A stretch of 64,000 nucleotides of DNA from Myxococcota bacterium (lineage in GTDB: Bacteria > Myxococcota_A > UBA9160 > JAFDDA01): positions 64,001-128,000 of the forward strand of contig OZ245817.1 of NCBI GenBank assembly GCA_965228475.1. The letters run 5' to 3'. How positions within the stretch are numbered: position 1 is the stretch's first letter; every line of letters begins with the position of its first letter. The position numbers and the translations under genes were made by a program. This document shows positions 18,613-28,185 of the stretch, piece after piece. The notes beneath the pieces are model-generated. The model did not search any database. It had not been told where the DNA came from and saw nothing but the letters and a program-made list of their open reading frames with translations.

Positions 18613-20529
18613 TTGGAGTTTCGTCGTGTCCTGCGGGTGGTGCTCGCCGCAGCCTGTACCGCGGCCTTGATCGAGCTGCTCGCGGAGTCCCTTCGGGGCG
18701 GCGGCCAACGCAGCCTCTACTTCCTCGTTTCCTTCGCGATCAGTCTCGGCGTCGGCGTTCTCGTGGCCACGCTGGCGGCGGCACTGCGGCGTCCGCCGAA
18801 CCAGGCCGTCGCGGCGTGGGTGGGCGTGGCGAGTGCGATCGTCTTCGGCCCGTGGACCGGGATCGCCCTCGGAGCGGTCACCCTTGCGGCCGGTTCGCAC
18901 CCGATGGCGGCGAGCCTCCGGCCGACGCGCTTCGGGCTCGTCGCGGGAGCTGCCTTCGCAGGCTCGGCGATCCCCGTGCTCTGGTTCGCGCCGAAGCTCC
19001 CGGCGCTCCCCGGGCCGGGCTGGCTGGCCCTTCCGGCCTTCGCGTCCACCCTGGTCTTGATGGTCCTGCTCGCGGGACGTTTCTTCGGGGCCTGGCGAAC
19101 GTGGCGCTTCATCGCCCCGGCGCTCGCGATCGTCGTCCTGGTCGATGCGGTGCAGGCGGTCCGTGTGGTCGAGGCGCCGGCCCATCGCAGCCGCGGCCCG
19201 CACGTCTTCGTGCTCGTCCTCGATACGGTGCGGGCAGACGCGCTCTCGGTCTACGGCTACGCGCGCGATACGACGCCGAACCTCGCGCGTCGGGTCGCCG
19301 AGCACCCCGGCGCGTTCGTGCACCCGTGGGCGTTCTCGAACGGCGCCTGGACCGCGCCGAGCCACGCCACCCTGCTGACGGGCCGGCTTCCCTCCGAGCA
19401 CGACGTCCATCTCGGAACGGACACGGCGCGCACGATGGATTGGTCCATGCCGACGCGTTTCACGCTGCGCGCCGGCCGCACGCTGGCCGAGCGCTTCCAG
19501 GCGGCGGGCTACGCCACCCTCGCCGTCTTCGCGAACCCGTGGCTCTCGCGGATCGACGGCCTCGAGCGTGGCTTCGACCACTACGAAGAAGTGAGTCAGG
19601 CCCCGGGGCTACCGCTCGTCGCCGAGCGTCTGCGGTCCCGCTTCACGCCTTCGCTCTTCCTCGACGAGGTCGACTTCACCGCCCGGGCGCCGGCGATCGT
19701 CGAACGGCTCCTCGGCGAAGTCGATGCACGGATCGACCGCCCCGTCTTCGTGCTCGCGAACTTCCTCGACGCTCATGCCCCCTACCGACCCCCTCGCTGG
19801 GCGCGCGGACGCTATGCGCCCTGGAGCCCCTTCGAAGGGCCCCAGGACCTCTCGATCGATCTCTCCGCGCAAGAGCTCGAACGGCTGCGCGCGCGCTACG
19901 ACGAGTCGATCCACGCCCTCGACGCCGAGCTCGAGGACTTCTTCGAGGGGCTCGAAGCCCGGGAGATGCTCGGGGACTCCTGGGTCTTCGTGACCTCGGA
20001 CCACGGTGAGGCCTTCGCGGAGCACGGCGTGACGGACCACGGCACCGGGGTCTACAACGAGGCCGTCCGCGTCCCGCTCGTCGTCTTCCCGCCGCGGGGC
20101 GTCGAAGCCGCGCCGGCCGAGGGCCCGGCGAGCCTCGCGAGCGTCGCGGCCATGCTCGCGGAGATCGCGGGGGAGCCGATCGAGGGGGTGGCCGGATTCC
20201 AGGGCCCGCAGGGCACGCCCCATCGCGCGATCGTCCAGTTCTACTCGGACCCGGGGAAGGCGCGCCACAACGGGAAGCTCGGCGAGGCCCCGGCGCAGGT
20301 GATGGTCGACGGAAAGCGGAAGCTCATCCTCTACGAGACGCACCGCGAACTCTACGACCTCGCGCAGGACCCCGGCGAACGGCGGGACCTCGCCGCGTCC
20401 GAAGCCGCCGAGGCCGAGCGTCTGGCCAGGGCGCTCCCCGAGATCGATTTCTCGCGCGCCGCCTCGGCACGCGCGGAGGACGACGACGCCCTCCGCGCAC
20501 GCCTCGAGGCGCTCGGCTACGTGGAATAG
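18613..20529 (+). CDS. Membrane-anchored sulfatase-like hydrolase
   Basis: N-terminal TM helices; VLDTVRAD, WTAPSHATLLTG, FLDAHAPY, TSDHGE, ELYDLAQDPGE, LEALGY. Confidence 0.88.
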   Translation: MEFRRVLRVVLAAACTAALIELLAESLRGGGQRSLYFLVSFAISLGVGVLVATLAAALRRPPNQAVAAWVGVASAIVFGPWTGIALGAVTLAAGSHPMAASLRPTRFGLVAGAAFAGSAIPVLWFAPKLPALPGPGWLALPAFASTLVLMVLLAGRFFGAWRTWRFIAPALAIVVLVDAVQAVRVVEAPAHRSRGPHVFVLVLDTVRADALSVYGYARDTTPNLARRVAEHPGAFVHPWAFSNGAWTAPSHATLLTGRLPSEHDVHLGTDTARTMDWSMPTRFTLRAGRTLAERFQAAGYATLAVFANPWLSRIDGLERGFDHYEEVSQAPGLPLVAERLRSRFTPSLFLDEVDFTARAPAIVERLLGEVDARIDRPVFVLANFLDAHAPYRPPRWARGRYAPWSPFEGPQDLSIDLSAQELERLRARYDESIHALDAELEDFFEGLEAREMLGDSWVFVTSDHGEAFAEHGVTDHGTGVYNEAVRVPLVVFPPRGVEAAPAEGPASLASVAAMLAEIAGEPIEGVAGFQGPQGTPHRAIVQFYSDPGKARHNGKLGEAPAQVMVDGKRKLILYETHRELYDLAQDPGERRDLAASEAAEAERLARALPEIDFSRAASARAEDDDALRARLEALGYVE

Positions 20530-20535
20530 CCCCGG

Positions 20536-23148
20536 CTAGGGCCGGATCGGAGCCAGGCAGACGTCCTCGACGGTGGCGGGGAATCCCGCCCGCGTGCCTT
20601 CGCAGACGTCGAGCACGGCGCCGTTCGTCTTCAGGAACTCCGACTTCTGGATGCGCGCGAGCGGCTGGCGCCGCGGGCACTCGTGCGGGTCTCCCCCGAA
20701 GCGCGAAGCGCACGCCGAGAGCTCCGGGTTGCCGCCGCCGGGCGTGAGGTTCGCGTTCGGCGACTGCAGGTTGCCCGAGTCCCAGACGATCATCGCCGAG
20801 CCGTCGAAGCGGTAGTCCGGGTTCGTGACGCCCGGCACCGGCGGCCCCGGGTCGCTCGCCGGAATGCCCGGGATGTTCCAGTACGGGTCGTCGCTCTGCC
20901 AGAACGGGCGCGGGTCGCCCGCGGGGTTCTGGTCCGCATACGCGGCCGGGTCGAAGCCCACGCGGTGCATCGAGGCGCCGATCGTGCGCGCCTCGACCGC
21001 GGCGGACATGTCGGAGACCTGGAAGTCACCGAAGGCCACGTGCAGCAGGATCTTCTTGGCCGGCGTGCCCGGGTAGGGGTCCCGCGTCAGGTGGTTCGCG
21101 TGGCCGTTGGTCTCGCCGCGATCCCACAGCATCTGGGCCAGGCCGAACAGGATCGGGTGCTGGCGCGCGTCCGGGTAGGCGAAGTCGAGCAGGATCAGGA
21201 AGCTGTCGAAGTCGACGCTCCGGTAGAGCAGCGTGCTGTAGTTCATGCCCGGCACGCCGAGCACGGCCCGGGTGTAGTCCTGGGCGAACGCGGCGAGCGC
21301 GCCGCCGGCGATGGCGCCCTGGCTGTTGCCGTCGTAGAAGAGCTCGGAGCCGTCGATCACGGAGTTCCCGAACTCGTCCTGGAAGGCCTCGTGGGAGCCC
21401 AGGCCGTCCGGGTGGATCATCGCGCGGCCGAGGAACAGGAAGTTCAACAGGCCCTGGTGCATGCGGTCCGCGAGGGTCGGGAAGCGCGAGAAGTCGTTCA
21501 GGATCGCGGCGACCGAGAGCTGGTCGTCCGAGCCCATGCCGATCCAGCGCGCGCCGCAGAAGACGAAGTTGTGCTCGAAGGCCATGTCTTCGACGTGGCT
21601 GGCGGTCGTTTCGCCCTGGCTCCCGAGCAGGCCGTGGCCGTAGAGGGAGGGTCGTGCCGGGTTGGCCGTGCCGTCGCCGGCGACGGTGGTGGCCGGCACC
21701 GTGCAGCGGAAGTCCGCCCAGTACGTCGGCGAATCGACGGGCGAGTCGCCCTCCTCGCAGGGCTTCTCGACGCCTTCGGCCGTTTCGCAGCGCAGGCGGG
21801 CCTGCTGCGGCAGCTCGTTGCCCTGGCAGGCGCGCGGCTGCCCGGCTTCGTCCTCGCAGTAGAGCCGCGTCAGGTCGCGGCCCGGCGGCACCGGGCCGGG
21901 CCCCGTGAGGAAGCTCTCGGCGTTGTTGTTCAGGTAGTTCGGGACCTCGATGCGGCCGTTGATGCGGAAGCGGATCTCCGGGTCCGAATCGCGCGGCTCG
22001 ACGGAGTCGATCACGAAGTTCGGGGCGGCGGCGCCGAGCTTGGCGAAGGCGTCGTCCCGCATGGCGAGCATGCGCTCGGACATGTTGCGCTTGCTGATGA
22101 CGGTGAAGTCCCAGGCCAGGTAGAGATCGTCTCGCGCGACGCCGTGGCGCTCGAGCGTGTCGAAGATCTCCTCCATCTTCTCGCGGCGGGCTTCGATCTC
22201 CGGCACGAAGGTCGGCGTGCCTTCCCGGTAGAGCTCGAAGGCGCGGTTCGGCGGGATCACCTCGCCCGCGCCGTTGCGCAGGTTGCGGAGCGCCACGACG
22301 TAGCGCTTGCCGCTCGCGAAGTTCACGGCCGGCCGGATCAGGAGCTGTCCGATCGAGGCGTCGATCCGGGAGTTGAGCTCGGCCCAGTGGGGGACACGCT
22401 CGCCGGTCTCGGCATCGAGGATCACGATGTTGGCCGCCGGGTCGAGGGAGGCGGCGAGGTCCCACTCGGGCGAATGGCCCGCGGCGGGCGTCGGCGGATC
22501 GAGCGGGTTCGCCGAGGGCGTCTGCAGGACGACGCCGGGGACGAGCACCTGGAGCGCCTGACCGGGGCTCCAGCCGTCGTTGCGGTTCCACTCGCTCGGG
22601 TCGACCTGACTCCCGAGCAGGTTCCGCGGCATGGCGGCTTCGTCCAGGAGGATGCGCCGGCCGGTGTCGGTCGTTTCATCCGCCTGGGTGAAATGGTCGT
22701 TCGGGAAGGGGTAGATGCAGATCCCCGGGTCGAGGAAGTCGCAGCCCTCCGCGATCTCGAGATCCGGTTCCCAGGAGAAGCTCGAGGAGACGATCGCCTC
22801 GGGCTCGGAATCGCCGTCGCTGCTCACCGCGGCGAAGAGCGTGTTGCGGCCGGGGCCGAGCAGGCCCGGGTCGATCTCGCCCGTCGCCGTCGTGCCCGCG
22901 ACGCCGAACTCGGCCGTCACGTCCGTGATGCTGCCGGGCGGGGAGTCGATTCCCGCGAGCAGCGTGACCCGGAAGCTCGACTCGTCGCCGTAGCCGGCGC
23001 CGAGCTCGATCGAAACGGGAACCCCGCCGACGGCGGGCGTCTGGACGACGCTCCCGTCGGCGGGGTCGAGGATCATGGGCCGAGGCGTGCAAGAAGCCGA
23101 CGCACCCAACAGCAAAAGGAGACTCAGCAGGCGCGTCGGTCGGTTCAT
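20536..23148 (-). CDS. Large lipoprotein with alpha/beta-hydrolase (lipase-like) C-terminal domain
   Basis: Lipobox LGASAS-C; YGHGLLG, YDGNSQG (GxSxG), GDFQV, DPHE. Confidence 0.82.
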   Translation of the reverse strand: MNRPTRLLSLLLLLGASASCTPRPMILDPADGSVVQTPAVGGVPVSIELGAGYGDESSFRVTLLAGIDSPPGSITDVTAEFGVAGTTATGEIDPGLLGPGRNTLFAAVSSDGDSEPEAIVSSSFSWEPDLEIAEGCDFLDPGICIYPFPNDHFTQADETTDTGRRILLDEAAMPRNLLGSQVDPSEWNRNDGWSPGQALQVLVPGVVLQTPSANPLDPPTPAAGHSPEWDLAASLDPAANIVILDAETGERVPHWAELNSRIDASIGQLLIRPAVNFASGKRYVVALRNLRNGAGEVIPPNRAFELYREGTPTFVPEIEARREKMEEIFDTLERHGVARDDLYLAWDFTVISKRNMSERMLAMRDDAFAKLGAAAPNFVIDSVEPRDSDPEIRFRINGRIEVPNYLNNNAESFLTGPGPVPPGRDLTRLYCEDEAGQPRACQGNELPQQARLRCETAEGVEKPCEEGDSPVDSPTYWADFRCTVPATTVAGDGTANPARPSLYGHGLLGSQGETTASHVEDMAFEHNFVFCGARWIGMGSDDQLSVAAILNDFSRFPTLADRMHQGLLNFLFLGRAMIHPDGLGSHEAFQDEFGNSVIDGSELFYDGNSQGAIAGGALAAFAQDYTRAVLGVPGMNYSTLLYRSVDFDSFLILLDFAYPDARQHPILFGLAQMLWDRGETNGHANHLTRDPYPGTPAKKILLHVAFGDFQVSDMSAAVEARTIGASMHRVGFDPAAYADQNPAGDPRPFWQSDDPYWNIPGIPASDPGPPVPGVTNPDYRFDGSAMIVWDSGNLQSPNANLTPGGGNPELSACASRFGGDPHECPRRQPLARIQKSEFLKTNGAVLDVCEGTRAGFPATVEDVCLAPIRP

Positions 23149-23831
23149 GCTCGGCGGCGTCCCATTCCAGCAAGGCCCAGCAGGGCAAAGCCCAGCATGG
23201 CCACTACGCCCGGTTCGGGCAGGATGAATTTCACGGAGTCGGCGAAGAAGAGACCCTCATCGTCGGCCACGCAGTCGGCACCGTTGCACGGACCGTCCGC
23301 CACGAACAAGCGGATTTCGTCGAAGCCCACGACGTCCTTGATCAGGAGCCGCACGGCGTCGGTCTCGGGCAGCGGGTCGCCCGCGGTCGAGAGGATCGTC
23401 TCGAGCAGGACGCCGTCCCGGAAGCCCTGGACCACGACCGGGTTGTTGCCCGGCAGGCTCAGCACGTCCACGCGGAAGAGCGTCACGTCCGTGCTGAAGT
23501 CGAGCTCGATCACCGGCACGAGGTTGTTCACGATCCCCTGGTCTCCGGTGGAGGCCCAGAAGGTCGTGTCCAGCCCGAAGGCCGTCGCGGCGTCCGCCTC
23601 CGAGAAGATCGTGGCATCGATGATGTCCACGAACGGGTAGGCCTGGGCCGAGGTCGCGGTCAGCGACAACTGATCATCGAAACAGACGAAGTAGGCACCG
23701 ATCCCGGGGTCGTTGGCCGGGCAGTCCGGCGCGGTGCCCGGATCGGTGATGGCGGCCGCGGGGCCGGCCAACAAGAGAGCGGCTCCGAGCGCAGGCAACG
23801 TTGCCCGCACGGAGCGGAGAGAAAAGAGCAT
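23145..23831 (-). CDS. PEP-CTERM protein
   Basis: Signal peptide; C-terminal LPEPGVVAMLGFALLGLAGMGRRRA. Confidence 0.88.
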   Translation of the reverse strand: MLFSLRSVRATLPALGAALLLAGPAAAITDPGTAPDCPANDPGIGAYFVCFDDQLSLTATSAQAYPFVDIIDATIFSEADAATAFGLDTTFWASTGDQGIVNNLVPVIELDFSTDVTLFRVDVLSLPGNNPVVVQGFRDGVLLETILSTAGDPLPETDAVRLLIKDVVGFDEIRLFVADGPCNGADCVADDEGLFFADSVKFILPEPGVVAMLGFALLGLAGMGRRRA

Positions 23832-23961
23832 GGGTCACACCTCCAGCTAGAGGTGGAGTGGGCGGCCGGATCAAGAAATGGCAGCGCGGGAGCAAGTTTT
23901 TTTGAGATTTTCCGCGCCGGGCGGGTACGCGGAGGAGACAAGGGCTGTCGGCCCGGCGGGT

Positions 23962-23976
23962 TGGGCCGGTTTTTGC
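23962..23976 (+). promoter_or_regulatory. Candidate sigma54 promoter
   Basis: TGGGCCGGTTTTTGC has GG-N10-GC spacing with TTGC at -12. Confidence 0.35.
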
Positions 23977-24139
23977 CGGTTTGCCCCCGCGGGGAATTCA
24001 CTGAACGCCGGGAAAATTATTGATTCCCGGGCCCCTGGAGTTCATCCTGACGCGTCCCGTGGAGGTTCCCCTCCGTCCCGATTGGGCGGAGCGGTGCCCC
24101 TGCGCACGCACGAACACAGCTACCCCCCGAGAGGTTGCC

Positions 24140-27100
24140 ATGCCGTCGATGTCGTTCACCCGTTGGTTCCTGGTCCTGACTGCCATGTTGTTCACGGCGA
24201 GCGCGCAAGCGCAGTCGTTCCACGCTTTCGAGAGCGGGCCGGTGCGGCCGATGGCGCTCTCGCCCGACAGCGCGCGCCTCTACGTGGTGAACACGCCGGA
24301 CAACCGGCTCGAGATCTTCAACGTCGGAAACGGCGGGATCTTCCACGCCGGTTCGGTCCCTGTAGGGATGGAGCCCGTCGCGGTCGCGGCGCGAACCAAC
24401 AACGAAGTCTGGGTCGTGAACCACCTCTCGGACAGCATCAGCATCGTCGATGACGACCGCTCGAACCCGAAGGTGGGCCGCACGCTGCTCACCGGCGACG
24501 AGCCGCGCGACATCGTCTTCTCGGGCAACGGCCGCGCGTTCGTCACGACGGCGCATCGCGGTCAGCAGCGCATGCACGGCTCGATCTCCGGCGTGACGGG
24601 CGCCGGAGACCCGCAGATCACGACGGAAGGCGTCGGCCGCGCCGACGTCTGGGTGTTCGATCCGGCGAGCCTCGGCGCGACGGTCGGCGGCACGCCGCTC
24701 GAGATCATCACCCTCTTCGGCGATACGCCGCGCGCGCTCGCCGTCTCACCGGACGGCAACACCGTCTACGCTGGCGTCTTCCACTCGGGCAACCAGACGG
24801 CGGTCGTGCTCGAGACGGCGGTCTGCAACGGCTTCGCGGGTGCGGGCGCGTGCGGCGGCGACGGGATCGTCTCGCCGAACGGCCTTGCCGGCGGCAACCT
24901 GCCCGGCGGCAACCCCGGCCCGAGCGCCATCGCCACCGGCCCCGACGCCGGCGTGACCGCGCCGGAGACCGGGTTGATCGTCCAGTACGACAACGCCTCC
25001 GGCGAGTGGCGCGACGAGCTCGGCCGCAACTGGAGCAACGGCATCCGCTTCAACCTGCCGGACCACGACGTGTTCGCCATCAACGCGACCACGCTGAACC
25101 AGACCGACGACTACGAGCACGTCGGCACGATCCTCTTCAACATGGTGACCAACCCGGTGTCCGGGAAGGTCTACGTCACGAACACCGACGCCCAGAACCT
25201 GACCCGCTTCGAGGGTCCGGGCGGCGGTGGCAGCACGGTGCAGGGCAACCTGGCCCAGAGCCGGATCACGGTGATCACGCCGGGTTCGGGCCTCGTGGAG
25301 CCGCGGCACCTGAACAAGCACATCAACTACGGCGTGACGCCGGCGCCCGCGGGCACCGAGAACCACAGCCTCGCGACGCCCCTCGAGATGGCGATCAACT
25401 CGGCCGGCACCACGCTCTACGTGGCGGCCTTCGGTTCGAGCAAGGTCGGCGTCTTCGACACGGCCACCCTCGAGAACGACACCTTCGACCCGACCGTCCA
25501 GAGCGCGAGCTACGTGGACATCACGGGCGGCGGCCCCGGCGGCCTGGTGCTCGACGAGGCGCGCAACCGGCTCTACGTCTTCACGCGCTTCGACAACGGC
25601 GTCTCCGTCGTGAACACCACGACGGGCACCGAGGTCTACCACCTGAACTTCCCGAACCCGGAGCCCGCCTCGATCACGGACGGCCGCTTCATGCTCTACG
25701 ACGCGCTGGCGACGTCGAGCAACGGCGAGGCCTCCTGCTCGAGCTGCCACATCTTCGGCGACTTCGACAGCCTGGCCTGGGACCTCGGCGATCCGGACGG
25801 CGAGATCGGTTCCAACCCGAACACGATCAACCTGAACATCGCCGCGGGCGACCAGAACGGCGGCGCGGACAACGACGAGTTCCACCCCATGAAGGGGCCG
25901 ATGACGACCCAGACTCTCCGCGGCATGGCCAACTCGGGCCACATGCACTGGCGCGGCGACCGGGCCGACGGCTTCTTCGGCAACGACACGGCGAACAACA
26001 ACGACGAGGACCTCTCGTTCCGCAACTTCATCGTGGCGTTCGAGGGGCTCGTCGGCGACGACGTGCCGGCGACCAACGCCCAGCGGCAGGCCGACATGCA
26101 GGCGTTCGCGGACTTCCAGCTCCAGGTGCTGCTGCCGCCGAACCCGCTGCGCAACCTCGACAACGCGGATGCCAGCGATCAGCTGCCGGGGACGGACATC
26201 GGCTTCGCCCGTCAGATCTACGTCGGCAACGGGCCGAACGACTGCTCGGACGGCGTCTGCACCTTCCCGTTCCTGATCGGCGTCACGGGCTTCACCTGTG
26301 AGGGCTGCCACACGCTGAACCCGTCCCAGGGCTTCTTCGGGACGGACGGCACGATGTCCTTCGAGAACGAGGTGCAGATCTTCAAGATTCCGCACACGCG
26401 GAACATGTATCAGAAGGTCGGCATGTTCGGTCTGCCGGACGGCAGCTTCTTCGACATCGCCGACAACCAGCACACGGGCGACCAGGTCCGCGGCACGGGC
26501 TTCCTGCACGACGGCAGCGTGGACACGATCTTCCACTTCTTCCGGGCGGACGTGTTCGCCAACAGCGGCGGGAACAACTCCGGCTTCCAGAACGACTCGC
26601 AGCGGCGCGACATGGAGGCCTTCATGCTGGCCTTCGATACCGACCTCGCGCCGGTCGTCGGGCAGCAGGTGACCCTGAACTCGACGACGCTGCCGCTCGG
26701 CGACACGACGACGCGGCTCACCCTGCTCGAGACGCGCGCGGGGGCGGCCTTCGCCTCGCAGGTGCTCGGCGGTTCGACCACCGAGTGTGACCTGGTCGTG
26801 AAGGGTCTGGTCGGCGGCGTGATGCGCGGCTGGCTCTACGATCCGGTGGCCAACAGCTACGAGCCGGACTCGACGGGCGAGCCGGACGTGAGCCGCGCTT
26901 CCCTCGAGACCCTGGCGAACACGGCCGGCCAGGAGCTCACCTTCACCTGCGTGCCTCCGGGCGCCGGTGTCCGCGTGGCCCTCGACCGCGACGAAGACGG
27001 CGTGCTCGACTTCGACGAGCTCGCGGCGCTGACGGACCCGAACAACCCGGGCAGCGTCGCCGGCGCCTGCAACGATGGCATCGACAACGATGGGGACGGC

Positions 27101-27340
27101 GCCACCGACCTCGCCGATGGCGGCTGCGAGAACGCGGCCTCGAACATCGAGAACCCGCAGTGCGACGACGGCGTCAACAACGACACCGACGGCCTGGTGG
27201 ACTTCGGGGGCGACCCGGACTGCATCTCGTCCTTCGACAACATGGAAGCCGCGAGCTCGGGCTGCGGCCTCATGGGCGTCGAGGCCCTGCCGCTGCTCGG
27301 CCTGCTCGGCTGGCGCCGGCGCCGGGCGCGCCGCGCCTAG
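24140..27340 (+). CDS. YVTN/YncE beta-propeller fused to di-heme cytochrome c (bCcP/MauG-like) domain, with Cys/Asp repeats and GC-TM-RRR tail
   Basis: GAGGT RBS; signal peptide; LYVVNTPDNR propeller blades; CSSCH (25736-25750), CEGCH (26297-26311), FKIPHTRN, FLHDGS; ends SGCGLMGVEALPLLGLLGWRRRR. Confidence 0.9.
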   Translation: MPSMSFTRWFLVLTAMLFTASAQAQSFHAFESGPVRPMALSPDSARLYVVNTPDNRLEIFNVGNGGIFHAGSVPVGMEPVAVAARTNNEVWVVNHLSDSISIVDDDRSNPKVGRTLLTGDEPRDIVFSGNGRAFVTTAHRGQQRMHGSISGVTGAGDPQITTEGVGRADVWVFDPASLGATVGGTPLEIITLFGDTPRALAVSPDGNTVYAGVFHSGNQTAVVLETAVCNGFAGAGACGGDGIVSPNGLAGGNLPGGNPGPSAIATGPDAGVTAPETGLIVQYDNASGEWRDELGRNWSNGIRFNLPDHDVFAINATTLNQTDDYEHVGTILFNMVTNPVSGKVYVTNTDAQNLTRFEGPGGGGSTVQGNLAQSRITVITPGSGLVEPRHLNKHINYGVTPAPAGTENHSLATPLEMAINSAGTTLYVAAFGSSKVGVFDTATLENDTFDPTVQSASYVDITGGGPGGLVLDEARNRLYVFTRFDNGVSVVNTTTGTEVYHLNFPNPEPASITDGRFMLYDALATSSNGEASCSSCHIFGDFDSLAWDLGDPDGEIGSNPNTINLNIAAGDQNGGADNDEFHPMKGPMTTQTLRGMANSGHMHWRGDRADGFFGNDTANNNDEDLSFRNFIVAFEGLVGDDVPATNAQRQADMQAFADFQLQVLLPPNPLRNLDNADASDQLPGTDIGFARQIYVGNGPNDCSDGVCTFPFLIGVTGFTCEGCHTLNPSQGFFGTDGTMSFENEVQIFKIPHTRNMYQKVGMFGLPDGSFFDIADNQHTGDQVRGTGFLHDGSVDTIFHFFRADVFANSGGNNSGFQNDSQRRDMEAFMLAFDTDLAPVVGQQVTLNSTTLPLGDTTTRLTLLETRAGAAFASQVLGGSTTECDLVVKGLVGGVMRGWLYDPVANSYEPDSTGEPDVSRASLETLANTAGQELTFTCVPPGAGVRVALDRDEDGVLDFDELAALTDPNNPGSVAGACNDGIDNDGDGATDLADGGCENAASNIENPQCDDGVNNDTDGLVDFGGDPDCISSFDNMEAASSGCGLMGVEALPLLGLLGWRRRRARRA

Positions 27341-27359
27341 GGCGGAGCCGCAAAGGAAG

Positions 27360-27399
27360 AACGGGGCGTCGGTCGAAAGACCGGCGCCCCGTTTCGTTT
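27360..27399 (+). terminator. Rho-independent terminator (possibly bidirectional)
   Basis: AACGGGGCGTCGGTC-GAAA-GACCGGCGCCCCGTT followed by TCGTTT, between convergent genes. Confidence 0.8.
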
Positions 27400-27425
27400 C
27401 AGGCGTTGGGGATGCTGGCCCGCGG

Positions 27426-28130
27426 CTAGTCGCGGCGGCCGAGCAGGCCGAGCCGCGATGCCCAGTAGAGCAGGGTCATCAGCGACGTGGCGAAGGCGGC
27501 GACGTAGGTCATGGCCGCCGCGTTCAGCACCTTCCTCGCACCGTCGTGCTCCTCCTCCGTGACGTAGCGGCCGTCGAGCGCCACCAGGGCCCGGCGGCTC
27601 GCGTCGAACTCGACGGGCAGGGTGACGAGCGTGAAGAGGGTCGTGGTGGCGAACAGGCCCACGCCGGCGATGGCGAGGGTCCCGCCGAGGGCGGTCTCCA
27701 TGCCGCCCATGAAGAAGGCGGCGATGATCACGAAGATCGAGATGTTGCCGCCGGTGCTGGCGACCGGAACCCAGGCCGAGCGGAAGCGCAGCGGGGCGTA
27801 GCCCCGCGCGTGCTGGATGGCGTGGCCGACCTCGTGGGCCGCGACGCCGAAGGCCGCCATGCTGCGGCCCCCGTACACCGGCTCCGAGAGCCGGAGCATC
27901 TTGTTGCGCGGGTCGTAGTGGTCCGAGAGCTGTCCGGGGACGGGCTCGACGGTGACGTCGTGGATGTCGTTGTCGCGCAGGATCGCGCGGGCCACCTCCG
28001 CTCCGGTCATCTGGGAGCGGGTGCCGAGCTGGCTGTACTTGGCGAAGCGGCTCTTCACGAGCCAGTTCGCGCCGAGGGAGAGCACCATGCCGGCGCCCAT
28101 GACGAGCAGGTAGAGCGGGTCGAAAATCAT
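27426..28130 (-). CDS. Membrane zinc metallopeptidase (YugP / Zn_peptidase_2 family)
   Basis: LSDHYDP, AAHEVGHAIQH, TLPVEFDASRRA, AAAMTYVAA. Confidence 0.92.
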   Translation of the reverse strand: MIFDPLYLLVMGAGMVLSLGANWLVKSRFAKYSQLGTRSQMTGAEVARAILRDNDIHDVTVEPVPGQLSDHYDPRNKMLRLSEPVYGGRSMAAFGVAAHEVGHAIQHARGYAPLRFRSAWVPVASTGGNISIFVIIAAFFMGGMETALGGTLAIAGVGLFATTTLFTLVTLPVEFDASRRALVALDGRYVTEEEHDGARKVLNAAAMTYVAAFATSLMTLLYWASRLGLLGRRD

Positions 28131-28185
28131 GCCGCGAAATATGGAGCGATCCCGGGGCGTGTCAAATCGCCCCGGGAGGGGGGCG

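Noticed and set aside
27426..28130. Zinc metallopeptidase as the sortase for the GC-TM-RRR tails
   Set aside because: Adjacency only; it is convergent, separated by a terminator, and belongs to a widespread family not linked to C-terminal sorting
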